This document shows positions 38,201-51,334 of a stretch of DNA of 64,000 bases, one piece after another (the first letter of the stretch is position 1; the number at the start of each line of letters is the position of its first letter). Source of the DNA: Octopus vulgaris. Its lineage: Eukaryota. The translations under genes and the position numbers were made by a program. The notes beneath the pieces were generated by a model that did not search any database, was not told where the DNA came from, and worked only from the letters and a program-made list of their open reading frames with translations. The stretch spans positions 56,420,001 to 56,484,000 of the forward strand of contig OX597815.1 in NCBI GenBank assembly GCA_951406725.2. Direction: 5' to 3'.

Positions 38201-39779
38201 CTGGGCTTTTCATTGGTGTAGCCACTAGGCTATTTGTTGGTATGGCTGCCAGGCTTACAATTAATTTTCCCTTTGCCACTTCAGTACTGACATCTCATAT
38301 ATTGTCTGGGTAACGCGCTTTCAGGTCTGTCAATAGGCTTTCATCTAATGAAATCTAATGCCTGTCGGTGTGTATTTCAATATTTTGTACACACATGCCT
38401 TATGGTGTGATCTAATTATTTTAGACATCACTTCATTTTTCTCTCTAAAGGCCACTGATTTTTCGTGTTTTGGGGGGTGGTTGATAAATGATTTTTACCA
38501 TGGGGTTGGGTTGGGGAGTTTTGTTGTGTGTGTTTGTTGCATACTTTGTTGATTTTTTTTATTGTAGGGGAGTCAGGGGCATGTGTCTTTTTTTGTTTAT
38601 GCGTGACTGTGGTAAAATCCAATTCTTCAGTTGTGTCTTTCTTCTCAGCTACTTTTCCTTCCTTCTTTGAAGCATTTCCCGGTTTGTCTGTTTTTTCTTT
38701 CATCTCCTTTGCAGCTTTTTGGGGAGGGACCTCATTAGCTTTTTTCTTTTTAGTGCACTTGGAGCAAACGTGGCTCTTTTCTCCACACTTGAAGCATTGG
38801 GGCCTACGTCCCTCCAGTTCCTCGCATTGATAGCCCCTTCCCTACAAATACTCTAGTGTTTCATTCGCAGCTAAGACTACCATTTCTAGTGTCTGGCCTT
38901 TCCAGTTTATTGCATCTTTTTTTCCATCTGTTAGATTGACACCTCCTCTTCTACGTCGTAAATCACAGCTGCTGCTACCCACATAACTTCAAGTCCTGCT
39001 GGGATTTCTTCAACCATAATTTTTACAGTTCTGCGTCTCGAGTATGTGAGTAGCAGCATTATCTCCTTGTTCTTTAGTGCCCTTGTTGACACCTCCTTGG
39101 CTACGTTAGCCATTTGTTACTGTGCTTTGACAGTCATACTTCGCGTTCCACAGCTAATGTAGCATACCCGATTCCATATTGGTGCCATGCACCATTCCAC
39201 CACTTTGTTCTTGGCTTCCATAATTCGCTTTTCCTTCAAGTTGTAGATTTTTATATACCACAGTTCTAGCATTAATTGCTTGTACCATTTCAGGAGGCAG
39301 CAACAGTTTAGTGTCGCTGCCACGTTTTTAAATCAAATTTCGGAACTTGAACAGTTGTTCCATTTTAACTTCTAACTCAGTCATGTCACCACCCACTGCA
39401 GCTGAAAAACTTTGTTTTTCCTGTGTTTCCTCATCATTACTTGTTAATCCTTTTCCCATGACAGGAAAATCCTTTCAGGATGCAATGTTGAATTCCATCA
39501 CAAAAACTTTATTTTTTTAAAAATCTTTGTCACAAATGACAAATTCAAAAAGATTAAGCCAGTAATGATTATAACAAACAGTTCAATAATAAGTTATTTA
39601 TTTTTCAAAATAATAATCCAACAGAAAATTCAACAGAATTTTCTGCCCTGTAGGGTGAAAATTACAGTTCAAATAACAACAAGTATTCAAAATACAACAC
39701 AAACGTGACATACAAAACAGACGAGAATGAACTCACATAACGTTTAGTAGCAAAATGTCACTCATGACGCAAAAAAAGA
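35230..39779 (-). mobile_element. Tx1/L1-clade LINE, near full length, decayed (ORF1 ~39460-38190, ORF2 38101-~35460)
   Basis: ORF1 zinc knuckle EGRRPQCFKCGEKSHVCSKC. ORF2 has INVCGL, LLGDFN, TDHK, GPGYWKMN, PGLDGLPYEFY, NYRPITLL, LDQSKVSDRV, VRQECSLS and SAYAVDV. Poly(A) at 35230 and 35366; 14-bp flanking duplication. Confidence 0.9.
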
Positions 39780-39793
39780 GTCTGCTAGAGATG

Positions 39794-41416
39794 TTTTCTT
39801 TATTATAGGAATAAAGCCTGAATTTAGAAAGGACACCACAGGACATGGGGTACATACAAACAATTAGTGAATGAATTATGAATTGTGAAAATAATGAGAA
39901 TGAAATGGCTTTCCTACCTACAAAGTGGGAAGTTCCATTTTACTGTTTTTACATAAATAATTATTTTTCCAGTTTGTATCATGTTTACACCAAAAATTCT
40001 ATTAACTCCTCGAACTTTATCACTGATGGTAGTTCATATCTAAATCGTAATGCTGTTATTTGTATCCTGTCTTTGAATATTTCTCTCAATCTACCTGCTC
40101 TCTCATCTTCCAGCAGCACTGCTTTCTCATTTTGTTTCCCCACCTTTTCGGCCAGCTTAATTCTTATAATGCCTTTCATCTTTGCAATTCCATGCTCTTT
40201 TTGTATGCAACCATAACTTTTTTGTATCTCCCCTTTGGTGGCTTTCTCGACTGTATTATCTCACTCTCTGCCTCTGTTGTTGGTATTTCTATCTCTACTT
40301 GTTCCTCTTTCTCACTTTCTAGTCTCTTCTTCCCTCTTTCCTTCTCCTTACTAGTTGAAGGCTCTGGTCTTTGCGTTTGATCTCCTGTTGATACCTCATT
40401 TTTTCTTTTTTCATTCTTATTTTCCTCCACCTTCCCATTCTTTTTTGGTGGAGAGTTGCTGTTTTTTCTCTTCCTTTCTACAACTGTAAACTCCTTTCCC
40501 TCCTCCGCCATTACGATCTCTTCTTCCCGACTCTCCTTCTCTGCCTCCCCCTGTTTGTGTTTCTGGGGACACTTGACTTACATGTGACCCCTTACTCCAC
40601 ATGCAAAACATATTGGAGGTCTACCTTCCACTATAATTCTCAGTCTGGTTTCGTCTGGTAAAACGAGTTCTTCAACAATCTTATGGGGGTCTGGTAAGCT
40701 GATTTGGACCATTACCTCTAGTCCATATCCCCACCAATTGACTTCCACAGTCTTTGACATTTTCAGGACTTCCGTATTGTAGAGTATGGCTACCACAAGC
40801 CATGCCTCGTCAATTTCAGGAGGCACTCTCCCTATCCTTACTCTGGCTGTATGTTTGCCACAGTAAGTAGGTAACAGTGCTCACTCCGCCGATTTCAAGG
40901 CTATGGTGGAGTATTTTTTAGCTTCATTCTCATTGACGAAGTGTACCTCCACTGTGCCGAACTTTCATCCTCTGGTATAGAACATGGTTATCTCCTTTAT
41001 CTCTTTTAAGCATTCCTCAACCACTTCTACGGTTGCTATCTCCACCTTCTTTGTTGCTATATTCAATGTTCTATATGTGATGGTTTTTCCTTTCTGCATT
41101 CTCAGTCACTTCTTTTGAGGGTGTCAGCCTTAGACATCCTCCCTCCTCTTTCAATAAGGTGTTATACTTCTTGAAGTCCCTGTCCTTGACTTCCAATTCA
41201 CATATCTGCAGTAGCTCCACTGACAGGCTTTTGCCCATCACCACAGCATAACTGCCTGTTTGTACTTATGTATCCATAACACCATTGTTCACAGCTTTAC
41301 CTATAAATTTTCACAAACACAGATAATCACAATATTCAACAATTCAGTAATTCAATGTAATAAAACAATAACTCACACACGAGTGAAATCAAGCACAATA
41401 ACACCGGTAAAGACGA
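39794..41416 (-). mobile_element. ORF1-only Tx1-related element (HAL1-like)
   Basis: EGRPPICFACGVRGHM knuckle and a K/E-rich C-terminus ending at 39985, then ~190 bp of 3' UTR and an A-rich tail. No EN or RT motifs. Confidence 0.75.
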
Positions 41417-41467
41417 GTCTGCAGTCGTTCACCCCATTGCACAATATTTAGAAAAATAAGCAACATT

Positions 41468-41708
41468 CAGTAGCTGGTTCTAAAATCTCTATAAGGGATG
41501 CAAGTAGTAACTCTACTGAAAAGTAATGTTTGTTGCCACTTCAACATGGCTGCATTGTTAACCAGCTGGAGGAGGCATTCTCCTGGGGTTAAAAAAGAGT
41601 AATAATGTCGTTCCGTGTAGAACAGCCATTGTTGAAGTGGCAACAAACATAACTTTTCAGTCGAGTTACTACTTGCATTTCTTATAGAGATTTTAGAACT
41701 AGCTGCTT
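41468..41708. repeat. Inverted pair (~85-bp arms, ~70-nt loop) of the hammerhead-associated repeat
   Basis: 41469-41552 is the near-identical reverse complement of ~41623-41708; the loop matches 33930-33985. Confidence 0.85.
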
Positions 41709-43269
41709 TGCTTGTTGAAAAGTCATTTTCTTTGTCATTGATCAACAGCCAACATACATAATGTGGGAATTTTTTATTTGATTACTGAGCCTGCTACAAA
41801 TAATAGGCCTTATTAAATTTCTTTCTTATCAAATTTTCGCAAGATTATTTTCAAAAAATGTAGTTGTGATGTAGTTTTCCAGAAATTAATAATAAAGAAG
41901 CTACAAGTATTTAAAATTATGTGATTTTAGCCAATTGGAAGGCTCCATCATGAGACAGACCAGAAATCATGATTGCTTGGCCCCATGAGAATTGCACACA
42001 TGAAACCTTTACATAATGTCTCAATAGGTAAGAAATAACAGCTAAATTTTCTTTAAACTACACCATGTCTAAAATGACAAAACTGGTGCCACAGTAGTTT
42101 TATTCTTTGCTGGAAGCAGACCTAGTTAGTGTTATGTAAATTAAAGACATCTACCTCAAAGACAACCTTCATGGATATAAACTTTAATTGGAGGAGGTGT
42201 AGGATATGCACTCCATAACCTTTTGATTTACTAAAAAAATTTTCTACGGAGTCTGACGTTTTTAACAATAGGCATGGTTATGCCAAAATATCAGAATTTC
42301 AAAATTTAAATTGCCTACAACCCCACCATTTTTTCGTTTCCCACTTTTTTTCAGAAAAATTTTTTTTGACTTGCATGTAGAAAATTACAAAAATTATTTA
42401 GCTGGAAGGTCATTTCGCTGGGCCTTTTAATACAAACCAAAAACAAGCTTCCAATTAACAGTGGTACTTTATTCTTCAGTTAAATAAAATTACACAACAG
42501 ACCAGATAAATGTGTCACAAAGAAAATGTGAACTGTAGAAAATCATTCATAGATGGCTTTTCATCTCAGTCAAACTTGGTTACACATGCTTCAACAGGTA
42601 CAAAAATAATGTGACATGGCTTCCTGAAAACAAAGTCTCCCCTCTCCATGCTCTCTCTCGCCTTATGGTGAAAATGAAAAATTTCATATTATTTATTGAC
42701 AAAATGAGGCTAACATTTTTAATTTGTTGCATCTGGTGGTTTATTTTGCAACACAATTAGATATGCATTTCATAACCCACATAAAACTAGACCAATCCAA
42801 AAGTATTTCTGTGTCACATGACTAGTCACATGACCAATCATTAGAGACTTATGCCTGGAGCCGATTTCTGAGTATTTAAGTCTAAACATGCAATTATATT
42901 TCGGAAAAAAAATTTTTTCTAAAATTTCTATTTTTTGATAAAACTACACTCCTCCCCCATCCACATACATTCATACCAATATTCTGAATGCTCTGAAACT
43001 TGTTTGCTCATTTTCACATGCTTGAGTGATTTCCAACCAGCGCATGAAAAGAGCTTGATGTGGTCTCTCCACAAGCAAGAAATTACAGCCAAATCTGAGA
43101 TGTCGAACATGCACACACCACATTTGTTTTCTTGCATTTGACAATGGAGATTACAATTTTGCCAAAGAAAAATAAACAAAAAACAGCATATCCGAATTTC
43201 AATCCCTCTTCCCCATTTTTCCAAACCTTTTTATATTTCACATTATTTCACAGCAATACAAGGAAGTCA

Positions 43270-43450
43270 TATAAGAGTGAGTAAAATGCCTAGTAGCATT
43301 CCAGCTGTCTTTACGCTTTGAGTTTAAATGCTGCTAGGGTCGACTTTGCCTTTCATCCTTTCGGAGAAGATAAAATAAGTACCAGTTGAGTGATGTGGTC
43401 AATCTAATCCCCCAAAATTGCTGGCCCTGTGTCAAAATTTGAAACCAATA
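43270..43450 (+). mobile_element. SINE (second family)
   Basis: Homologous to 32510-32680. Confidence 0.7.
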
Positions 43451-44124
43451 TGAGGAAGCCTTCCTGTTTAAAAAAAATTCAAATTCACGTTTTCTAAATC
43501 TCTGATCAGTACCCCTCCTCTTATTTCATTATTTTGCCAACATATTTTTCATGAATAAAATGAAAATTTTTTTCTGTGCACATGCCTCCAACACACTTTG
43601 TCAGGACAAAAATTCAATGATTTAATAAAAAGAGAAACCAGAATCTATTAAAACTTACTAATGCTTCTTCCAACAGCTGTGACTGGCCTGAGGGTGACTT
43701 TACTGTTATTTCTAGCATATTGAGTAACCACATTGAGCCCTGTTAAATGCCTTCTACTCAGTGCTTATAGCATGAAGGGCATCCCACATCCTTAAGTAGA
43801 TATGTGACACTTGAAAAAAAGGGTAGTTGGTCTTTCAGAATTACTAGAAATAATAGCCAAACCTTTTTTTTTTTAATTATATGTTGACAAATACAGTAAT
43901 TACAGTTTTAAAAAAATTTCCTTTTTCAAAATTGCAATTCTTAAATATACAAAAATATATTCAATCGGCTTGAAACTATTTTTAAACATGGCCTTTGTGT
44001 ATGCAGCTATTCTGAGCAGTTCAGTAAATAAATAAATTAAATTAAATTAAATATCAGAACATGAGAGACTTTACAACTCAGTGTATGTTTCTGAATTGTA
44101 GCATATAAAGTATTTACAAAGCAC

Positions 44125-44500
44125 ATTCCAGAAGGTTTGAGACTTTTTAGGAGAGACATTTATTAATTTCAAAGAAGTACAAAGCTCTAATTTTTTTCAA
44201 AGTAGGATCTTATGACTTCAAAGCACTCGTCATAGTGCTCCAGCCACTTTGTAAAAGCCCCACAGAAATCCGCTAAAGTGAAGGTGTCCAAGATCATTGT
44301 CACAGACTACTTCATCTCAATATCTTCAAAACGACTGCCTCTAAGGTGCTCCTTCAGCTTGTGGAACAACCAAAAGTTGCAGGGAACAAGGTCTGGACTG
44401 TGAAGAGAGTCAGGGACAGTTTTGATACCCATCTCTGTCAAGTAATTGGTTACCAGGGTGAGAATGTGGACTGGTGCAGGTACCACTGATCCAAGTGGAC
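44125..44500 (-). pseudogene. mariner (DD34D) transposase C-terminal remnant
   Basis: APVH..LVTNYL..HSPDLVPCNFWLFHKLKEHLRGSRFED. Confidence 0.85.
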
Positions 44501-44517
44501 GAACTCTATCTGCTGGT

Positions 44518-44993
44518 GATATGTCATAAAGGAAAATGTCTTGCCAGGCATGACAATTTTTACTAACAAATGGATCAGTTGTTGAAGTCTCCACCAACTT
44601 GGTTACATTCACAGAATAGTGATTCATGCCAAGAATTTTGTGGATCCAAGTACTGGGGTATGCACCAACCATACCAAGGCTGATTGGTTTCATATAAAAA
44701 GATACCTAAAATAAATAAGTGAATCGATAGGGAAAATGAGGCAGTCTCACATAGCAATGTACGAAGAATTTATGTGATTCAAACAGTATGTAACATGAAA
44801 TTTCTTCAATATTATATCAAATTATTTTTTCTTTCTTTTTCATTGTATCTGCATTCAATACAGATGACCATCATAGCTTCTATTTTGGACTATTCTGGAC
44901 TGAATGTTGCCAAGTTAGTGGAGATTCTGATAATTAGCCTGATAATTGGTGAAAATTGTCATACCTGGCAAGACATTTTTCTTTATGACACAT
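44518..44993. mobile_element. MITE with ~100-bp TIRs
   Basis: GATATGTCATAAAGGAAAATGTCTTGCCAGGCATGACAATTTT is mirrored at 44950-44993. Confidence 0.75.
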
Positions 44994-46359
44994 CTAGTTT
45001 TTGTACTCCTGTCAGGTCCATGGTGAATGAAACCCTTTTTTGGTGGTGTTGAAATGAACAACTCATAATTGCTGGCTCATTCTACTGACATTGCTCTTTT
45101 GTCTGAATAATAACTTTCATCAATCTTTTCTTCACAATTCAGACCAATGAGCAGAGCTTTGTCCTTCAGCATCTTGTCAATACAAACTGCTCTGCAAAAT
45201 ACATAGCACTGAATGGCAGTTTCTTTTCTACACTGGTCATAAAGGGGGCTATTGAGACAAGCGTTTTGAAACACATTGCGAAGGTTTTTGTAAACTGACT
45301 TTTCTTTTCTGTTGTGTCTATGCAGTGTGAGTATTCTTCAGTATGAAAATGTTAAAGAATGTGGAGATACTAAAAAGCAATATCAAGTGTGATGTTTGGA
45401 TCTACCAAACATTTTAAATGTACAAACATAAGTTAGATTTTCTTCATTTTTGACAGAGATTTTCAAGTTTTTTTTTCCACTATGCACTTAAAAATGGTGG
45501 GAGGGGAAACCTTTTATGAAAAAGAAATTTTTAAAATCTATGATTCCTTGCCTCCTTCTTTTCCGGAGCCTTACAATGGCTTTTTAATTTTTTTTTCCGC
45601 TATACACTAAAAAACAATAGGGGTAGCCCTTAAAAGAAATTTTAATCCATGATTTTAGAACATCACTCCCCTACCTGCTCTCACAATAGCAATCACCACT
45701 ACAATTCTTTTTCCTGCCTTTTTTCAACACAAAATGGAATGTATTTTTTTTCAAACTTTTTCCATTTGATACACAATCATATGCACAAAAAAATGGTGGA
45801 AGTCAGGTGTTTTCCACCTAAGCCCACCCGCTTTTTTTCAAAAATCTTTTTGGATTCCTATGTTTTTGATATCTCCAAAAAACAAAAAAATATTTTCAAA
45901 ATTTTAAATTCTCTACTCCCTACACCATTTTTTTTTACTTTTCACCTTTTTGAATTTTAATTTTTAATCCACACGGTAAAATACAGAGATTATTAATCTG
46001 GAAAAAATACTTTTTTTTAAATTTCAAATTTTCATACAAAACATTCTATGTCACCCCTCCATATCCCTTTCCACTTTCCAAAGGCATAAAACTACAGTTG
46101 TTTTATGTATTAGACTTGTGACAATTTAAAAGGTTTGGGCAAATTATTGTTACAAAAATAAAATCACTTTCATTTTATGACTGTCATTGGATATATGAAA
46201 GACTAGGCTAGCATGGAAAATGGACGTTATAGGATGATGATGATGATGATAATAATGTAAAGACATAAACACCTGCTAAAATCCTCAAATTTCAAGGGGT
46301 TTTATTTATTTTGTATTTCTGAAAAAAATTAATTTTAACTTTAGTGAAATCCCCAAACA

Positions 46360-46745
46360 GGCATGGGCATGGTTGTGTGGTAAGAAGTTTGCTTCCCAAT
46401 TACATGGTTCTGGGTTCAGTCCTACTGTGTAGCACCTTGGGCAAGTGTCTTCCACTACAGGCTCAAGCCAACAAAAGTCTTGTAAATAGATTTGGTAGAT
46501 GGAAACTGAAAGTATCCCATTCTATATATATGTGTGTGTGTTAAACTTTGTGTATGTGTTTGTGCCCCACCATTGCTTGACAACTGGTGTAGGTGCATTA
46601 ACTTAGCAATTCAGCAAAAGAGAATGATAGAATAAGTATCAAGCTTCAAGAAAATAAGTACTAGGGACAATTCATTCGACTAAAATTCTTCAAGGTGATG
46701 TCCCAGCATGGCTGCAGTCTAATGAGTAAAACAAGTAAAAGATAC
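46360..46745 (+). mobile_element. tRNA-derived SINE
   Basis: Full-length homolog of 1778-2197. Confidence 0.85.
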
Positions 46746-47674
46746 AAAATAAATTTTGAAGGATTTTATTTATTTATTTAATTTTATCTAAGATAAAGTT
46801 TTTAAATCTGCTCATCGCAAATTGCAAAATAAAAAAAGGTCATCATAATTTGAGTTGGAATTGAGCTATAATTTTGTTCATGCACATGGCAAATGAAGAT
46901 TTCTGATGAACTTTTTTTTTCTTTTTCTAAATCTAAACTTTCCATACCTATTTCTATTTTTATATCACATCACAAATCATTTTTGTGCTGTGCTTATATA
47001 CAAATAGCAAATAATTTACACAGAAAACTTCATTAATTATGTGTATTTATACCTGTGTGTGTGTCTGTATGCCTGCATGTGTGTGTGTTTAAGAAAAAAG
47101 AACATAATTGCCAATAAAAACATACACAGAAATTTTGTATCAAAATAACAGCGACCCTTCAGTATTGATCTCCAGAGTGTCAATATGAGGAGACAATGCC
47201 ATTCTCCCACTGTTTCGGCCTAGCCACTCAATGAGGGAAGGTTGTGTGAGTGAATGATGTCATCCTTCAATACCAAAGAACTGCCTTTTTATACATACCT
47301 TGTTTTATCGCGTAAGTTATTTCCCAGATAAGATCATCAGGTTTTGACTATTCTTCTGGCTCTAAGATCTAGTGACATTTGTTTGCTTTCTTAATTCCAA
47401 AATAAGAAAAAATTGAAGTTACTTTCAAAATTGGAGTTCAGCCATGATTTTTGAGATCTCAGTTTTGCAACAAATATTTCCTTTTGTATTTGCGTACAAA
47501 TAACAAATAATTAACAATGAAAACGTTTATTATGTGTATTTATATAAATAATGGAAAATTTTCCCAGACACAATTCTATTCATATGTTAATCCCCAAAGA
47601 ACAAACTTGTGTCTGTGCACGTTTACGTGCATGTGAATGTGTGGGCATGTGTGTTTGTATGAAAAAACATATTT

Positions 47675-49110
47675 ACTGAGGAGTTGTTGAGGCTGTACAA
47701 CACTTGTCTTTCCAATGAATGTGCACCCCAGGACTCCACCCTGTTAGTCACCATTTACAAAAAGAAGGGAGATCCAGCAGAATGTGGGAACCACCAGGGC
47801 ATTTTTCTGTTGGTCATTGCTGGCAATGTGCTAGTGAAAACCATTCTGAACTGGCTGAAAAAACATGTCAGAGCAGTTCCTATCAGGGTGTTAATGTGGC
47901 TTCAAGCCAGGGAGATCAACTATGGACATGACCTTCACACTGCAACAACTACAGGAGAAAGCAGTGGTGTTTGTGAACTTTCTCAAAGCATTTGACACAG
48001 TTGACCAAGAACCTTGTCAATATCATAAATCACTTCCAAACAGGAATGAAAAGACTAGTCTCAGTTGGAGGAGAATTTAGTGAAGCATTCGCAAGTCAAC
48101 TAATGTGTGAAACAAAGGTGTGTGCTTTCCCCTGCACTCTTGTCTCTTTACCTCACAACTAGTCTTGAAACCATGAGGGTCAATCTGCATAAGGGGGTTT
48201 TTCATCTGCACTAGAACAGATGGGAAGATCTTCAACCTGCCTGTCTTTATGCCTCCATCAAAATGTAGCAAATGTGTGTTAGGGAGGCACTCTACACAGA
48301 TGACTCAGGGCTTGTGACTAGCAGCATTAAGGACATGCAACATATTGTGGACTAGTTTTCTTGTGCAGCTGACATGTTTGGTCTTACGGTCAACACTTTG
48401 AAGACTGACTACTCTACCAGTTTCCACCAAGATGTCCTAATAGATTGGGAGTGCCTAAATCAGTGACAGTAAATAGAGAGCCTCTAAAGCACACTGAAGC
48501 CTTTACATAGTTCAGCAGAGCAATGACTTGTACTAACTCTTCTGACCTTGAAGTTAGGAAGTGAATACACTCTGCCACAAAGGCTTTTGAGTCTCTCATG
48601 AAGCATCTATGGAACTGCCATGACCACAACATGACGATAAAGGTGTACACAGTGCTCCCTTGCCTTGTCTATATCACAGAATACATGGCCATCTACTGCA
48701 GAAAACATCAAGGTCTTGATGTGAATCCATCTTTGTCATCTGCACCCCATTTTGCATATCAGATGGTGGGATTGCATTCCTGATGTAAAAGCTCTGCACT
48801 GCACTAGTGCAGTTAGTGTGGAGGCCCATCATTGCATCATCGCAGCTGCCCTGGGTAGAACATTCTTGTAGGATGGAGGGCAGCAGGCTCCCAAAGGCAG
48901 TTTTCTATGCTGAACTGCATCAGGGCAGGAGGAGCCATGGTGGCCAGAGATTGTGATACAGAAGTGTGCTGAAGAGATAAACTCTGATATTTCCACAGAC
49001 ACCTGGGAAGATGAGTCCTGTGGCATAATGAATGGCATTGATAGCTGAAGCTCATAATTCCAGCCATTGAAGAGAACAGAAAAAAATATGAAAGAGCACG
49101 TGAAAGATAT
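47675..49110 (+). mobile_element. RTE (BovB-like) LINE RT remnant
   Basis: LVTIYKKKGDPAECGNHQGIFLL, KAFDTV, VKQGVC, GKIFNL and LYTDD motifs. Confidence 0.85.
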
Positions 49111-49359
49111 CACTTCTCCATTACACCATGCAGATCAAGAGCAGGTCTTGTAGCCCACATGCGAGCCTGCCAAAGATGATTACAGAAATTGGGGTGAAAT
49201 TTCTGTAATCATCTGTGAAATTTTTAGAGGAAGGATGAAATTTCCAAGGCTTAATCCCACGGAAGCTGATTATAATTATTGGAAAACGATGAAGAACTAT
49301 CAAACAAGGTGAATAAGTACTGGAGGAACAAAAAAGTGGGGAGAAATAACACTAGAACT

Positions 49360-50586
49360 GGATTTAGTTGGTTTGGCTGCCAGCATTTCAGAAATTGAAG
49401 TTTATCGAAAATTCTAAAATTTGGCACAATAATATACTTTGGATCTTTTCGGTTTGAAAGGCAGTTTTTTCTAGTGGTGTCATATGAAATTGTCACCCAT
49501 AATTATGACCCTAGTATCGATCCATTGCATTTCAATCTGTTTTAGGGTTAGGGTTAAAGTTAGGGTTGGTTAGAGTTAGTTAGGGTTTGGGTGGGGGGAA
49601 GGGTATCTTTTTTTTCTTCAGAAATGTAAATAAACCCAATCTGTTTCTTAAACGAGGGACATATTCATATGGCACAGAATGTTTTCACCTCAATTGATGT
49701 CATTGATTGGTTGAAATTGCAGAAATTGAAGAAAAAAAACAACAAGTATCTTACAAACTATAGAATTTTCTCAATAAAGCCAAGAGAAAATGATGTTTTA
49801 TGAACACATTCTACCAGTATACGAAGTTTAAAAGTGTTTATTTACGTGGAAATTATTTTTAAAAACTGCCGGTCAAACCGAAAAGATCCTATATTTTTCC
49901 AAGCTGAATTGCTGGAGTTGTTTCACTTTTTTCAGAAAAATGTTTTTAAAAAGTTATAGAGGTTTAAAGTTTGATCATTTTCACCCAGTCAGGAAACAGA
50001 ATTTGGAAGCTGTCATTTTGTGCATGATTGCATATTTTGTCAACATCCTGAAAATAGCATGTGTAGTCAATATTTGTAAACAAAACGTTTTGTAGTTTGA
50101 AGTATTCAATATGCATTTAATGTGATAGCATGAACTTAAAAGATTTATTCAAAAAACGTTATTTAGCACACCTCAATAACAAAAAGAAGCGAGTAAGTAA
50201 GTAGTTTTAAACATTCAATATGCATTTATTGCAAATGTGATGAACACGTTACAAATTGAATATTTTAAAAAAAACAAACATTTTGTTGACCAGTTCATAA
50301 ATTCACATGTTCATTTGTCAACAGACAGGTAAAACAAGTAGTTTCAATATATTTGTCAAGACCTGCTTTCTTGCCAACAAAAGAATTCTCATGTTCCGTT
50401 TGTTAATATGGCTTATGATTGCCTAAAATTACCAAAACTTTCAAACTTTAATTGCTAATAACTCTTTATTGATTTATAGCAGAAATGATTTTCCCATCAT
50501 TCATTAGCCAATAAAAGTATATCATTATACTGAATATGAAATCAATTTGAACAGAATTGATGCTGGCAGCCAAACTGACTAGATCC
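49360..50586. mobile_element. GG-terminated MITE hosting a nested MITE
   Basis: GGATTTAGTTGGTTTGGCTGCCAGCAT and ATGCTGGCAGCCAAACTGACTAGATCC termini. Confidence 0.7.
49441..49889. mobile_element. Merlin-like MITE with internal TTAGGG-like repeats
   Basis: TIR GGATCTTTTCGGTTTGA; 8-bp TSD TATACTTT/TATATTTT. Confidence 0.8.
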
Positions 50587-51019
50587 CAAAATCTTTCTAA
50601 AACTCCCAGAATAAAAACTTACACATGTAAGAGACTTTCCCTCCACTGTTGAAAGTAAAAAAAAATAGGAAATGTTGATCAATACTTACATATAGCGTTA
50701 ATTTTAATTTTAAATGATTGAGGCCTTCATTTCCCTGCCTCTATCTCTTCACTGCTTTTCTCCATTAAGAGAGTAAGAAAAAAAAGAAAGAAAGGAAAAT
50801 CAGTTTTATATAATTCCTAAAGGTTTAAATGAACATGTACCAGCTTATTTCATGGGCCCAAGTTATGCTGTTCTGAAGAGTCCACAAGAAGGGCAAAATA
50901 GCACTATCTACAACTACTACGACACTTAGAAAGAAAAATGGGTTATATTTCATATGCTCTCTCACTTATAAGAAAATGACCTCTCATAATAACAATAATG
51001 ATAACAACAACAACAATAA

Positions 51020-51330
51020 TAATCATCATTGTTTAACGTCTGCTTTCCATGCTAGCATGGGTTGGACGATTTGACTGAGGTCTGGCGAACCAGATGGCTG
51101 CACCAGGCTCCAATCTGATCTGGCAGAGTTTCTACAGCTAGATGCCCTTCCTAACACCAACCACTCCGAGAGTGTAGTAGGTGTTTTTACGTGCCACCGG
51201 CACGAGGGCCAGTCAAGCGGTACTGGCAACGGCCAGGCTCAAATGGTGCTTTTTATGTGCCATCTGCACAGGAGCCAGTCCAGCGGCACTGGCAACGACC
51301 TCGTTTGAATGTTTTTTCACGTGCCAGTAT
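51020..51330 (-). mobile_element. RTE 3' UTR/tail fragment
   Basis: Closely similar to 8530-8770. Confidence 0.85.
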
Positions 51331-51334
51331 AGTC

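Noticed and set aside
42190-46059. Possible large DNA transposon bounded by GGAGG...CCTCC
   Set aside because: The TIR match is short and there is no TSD
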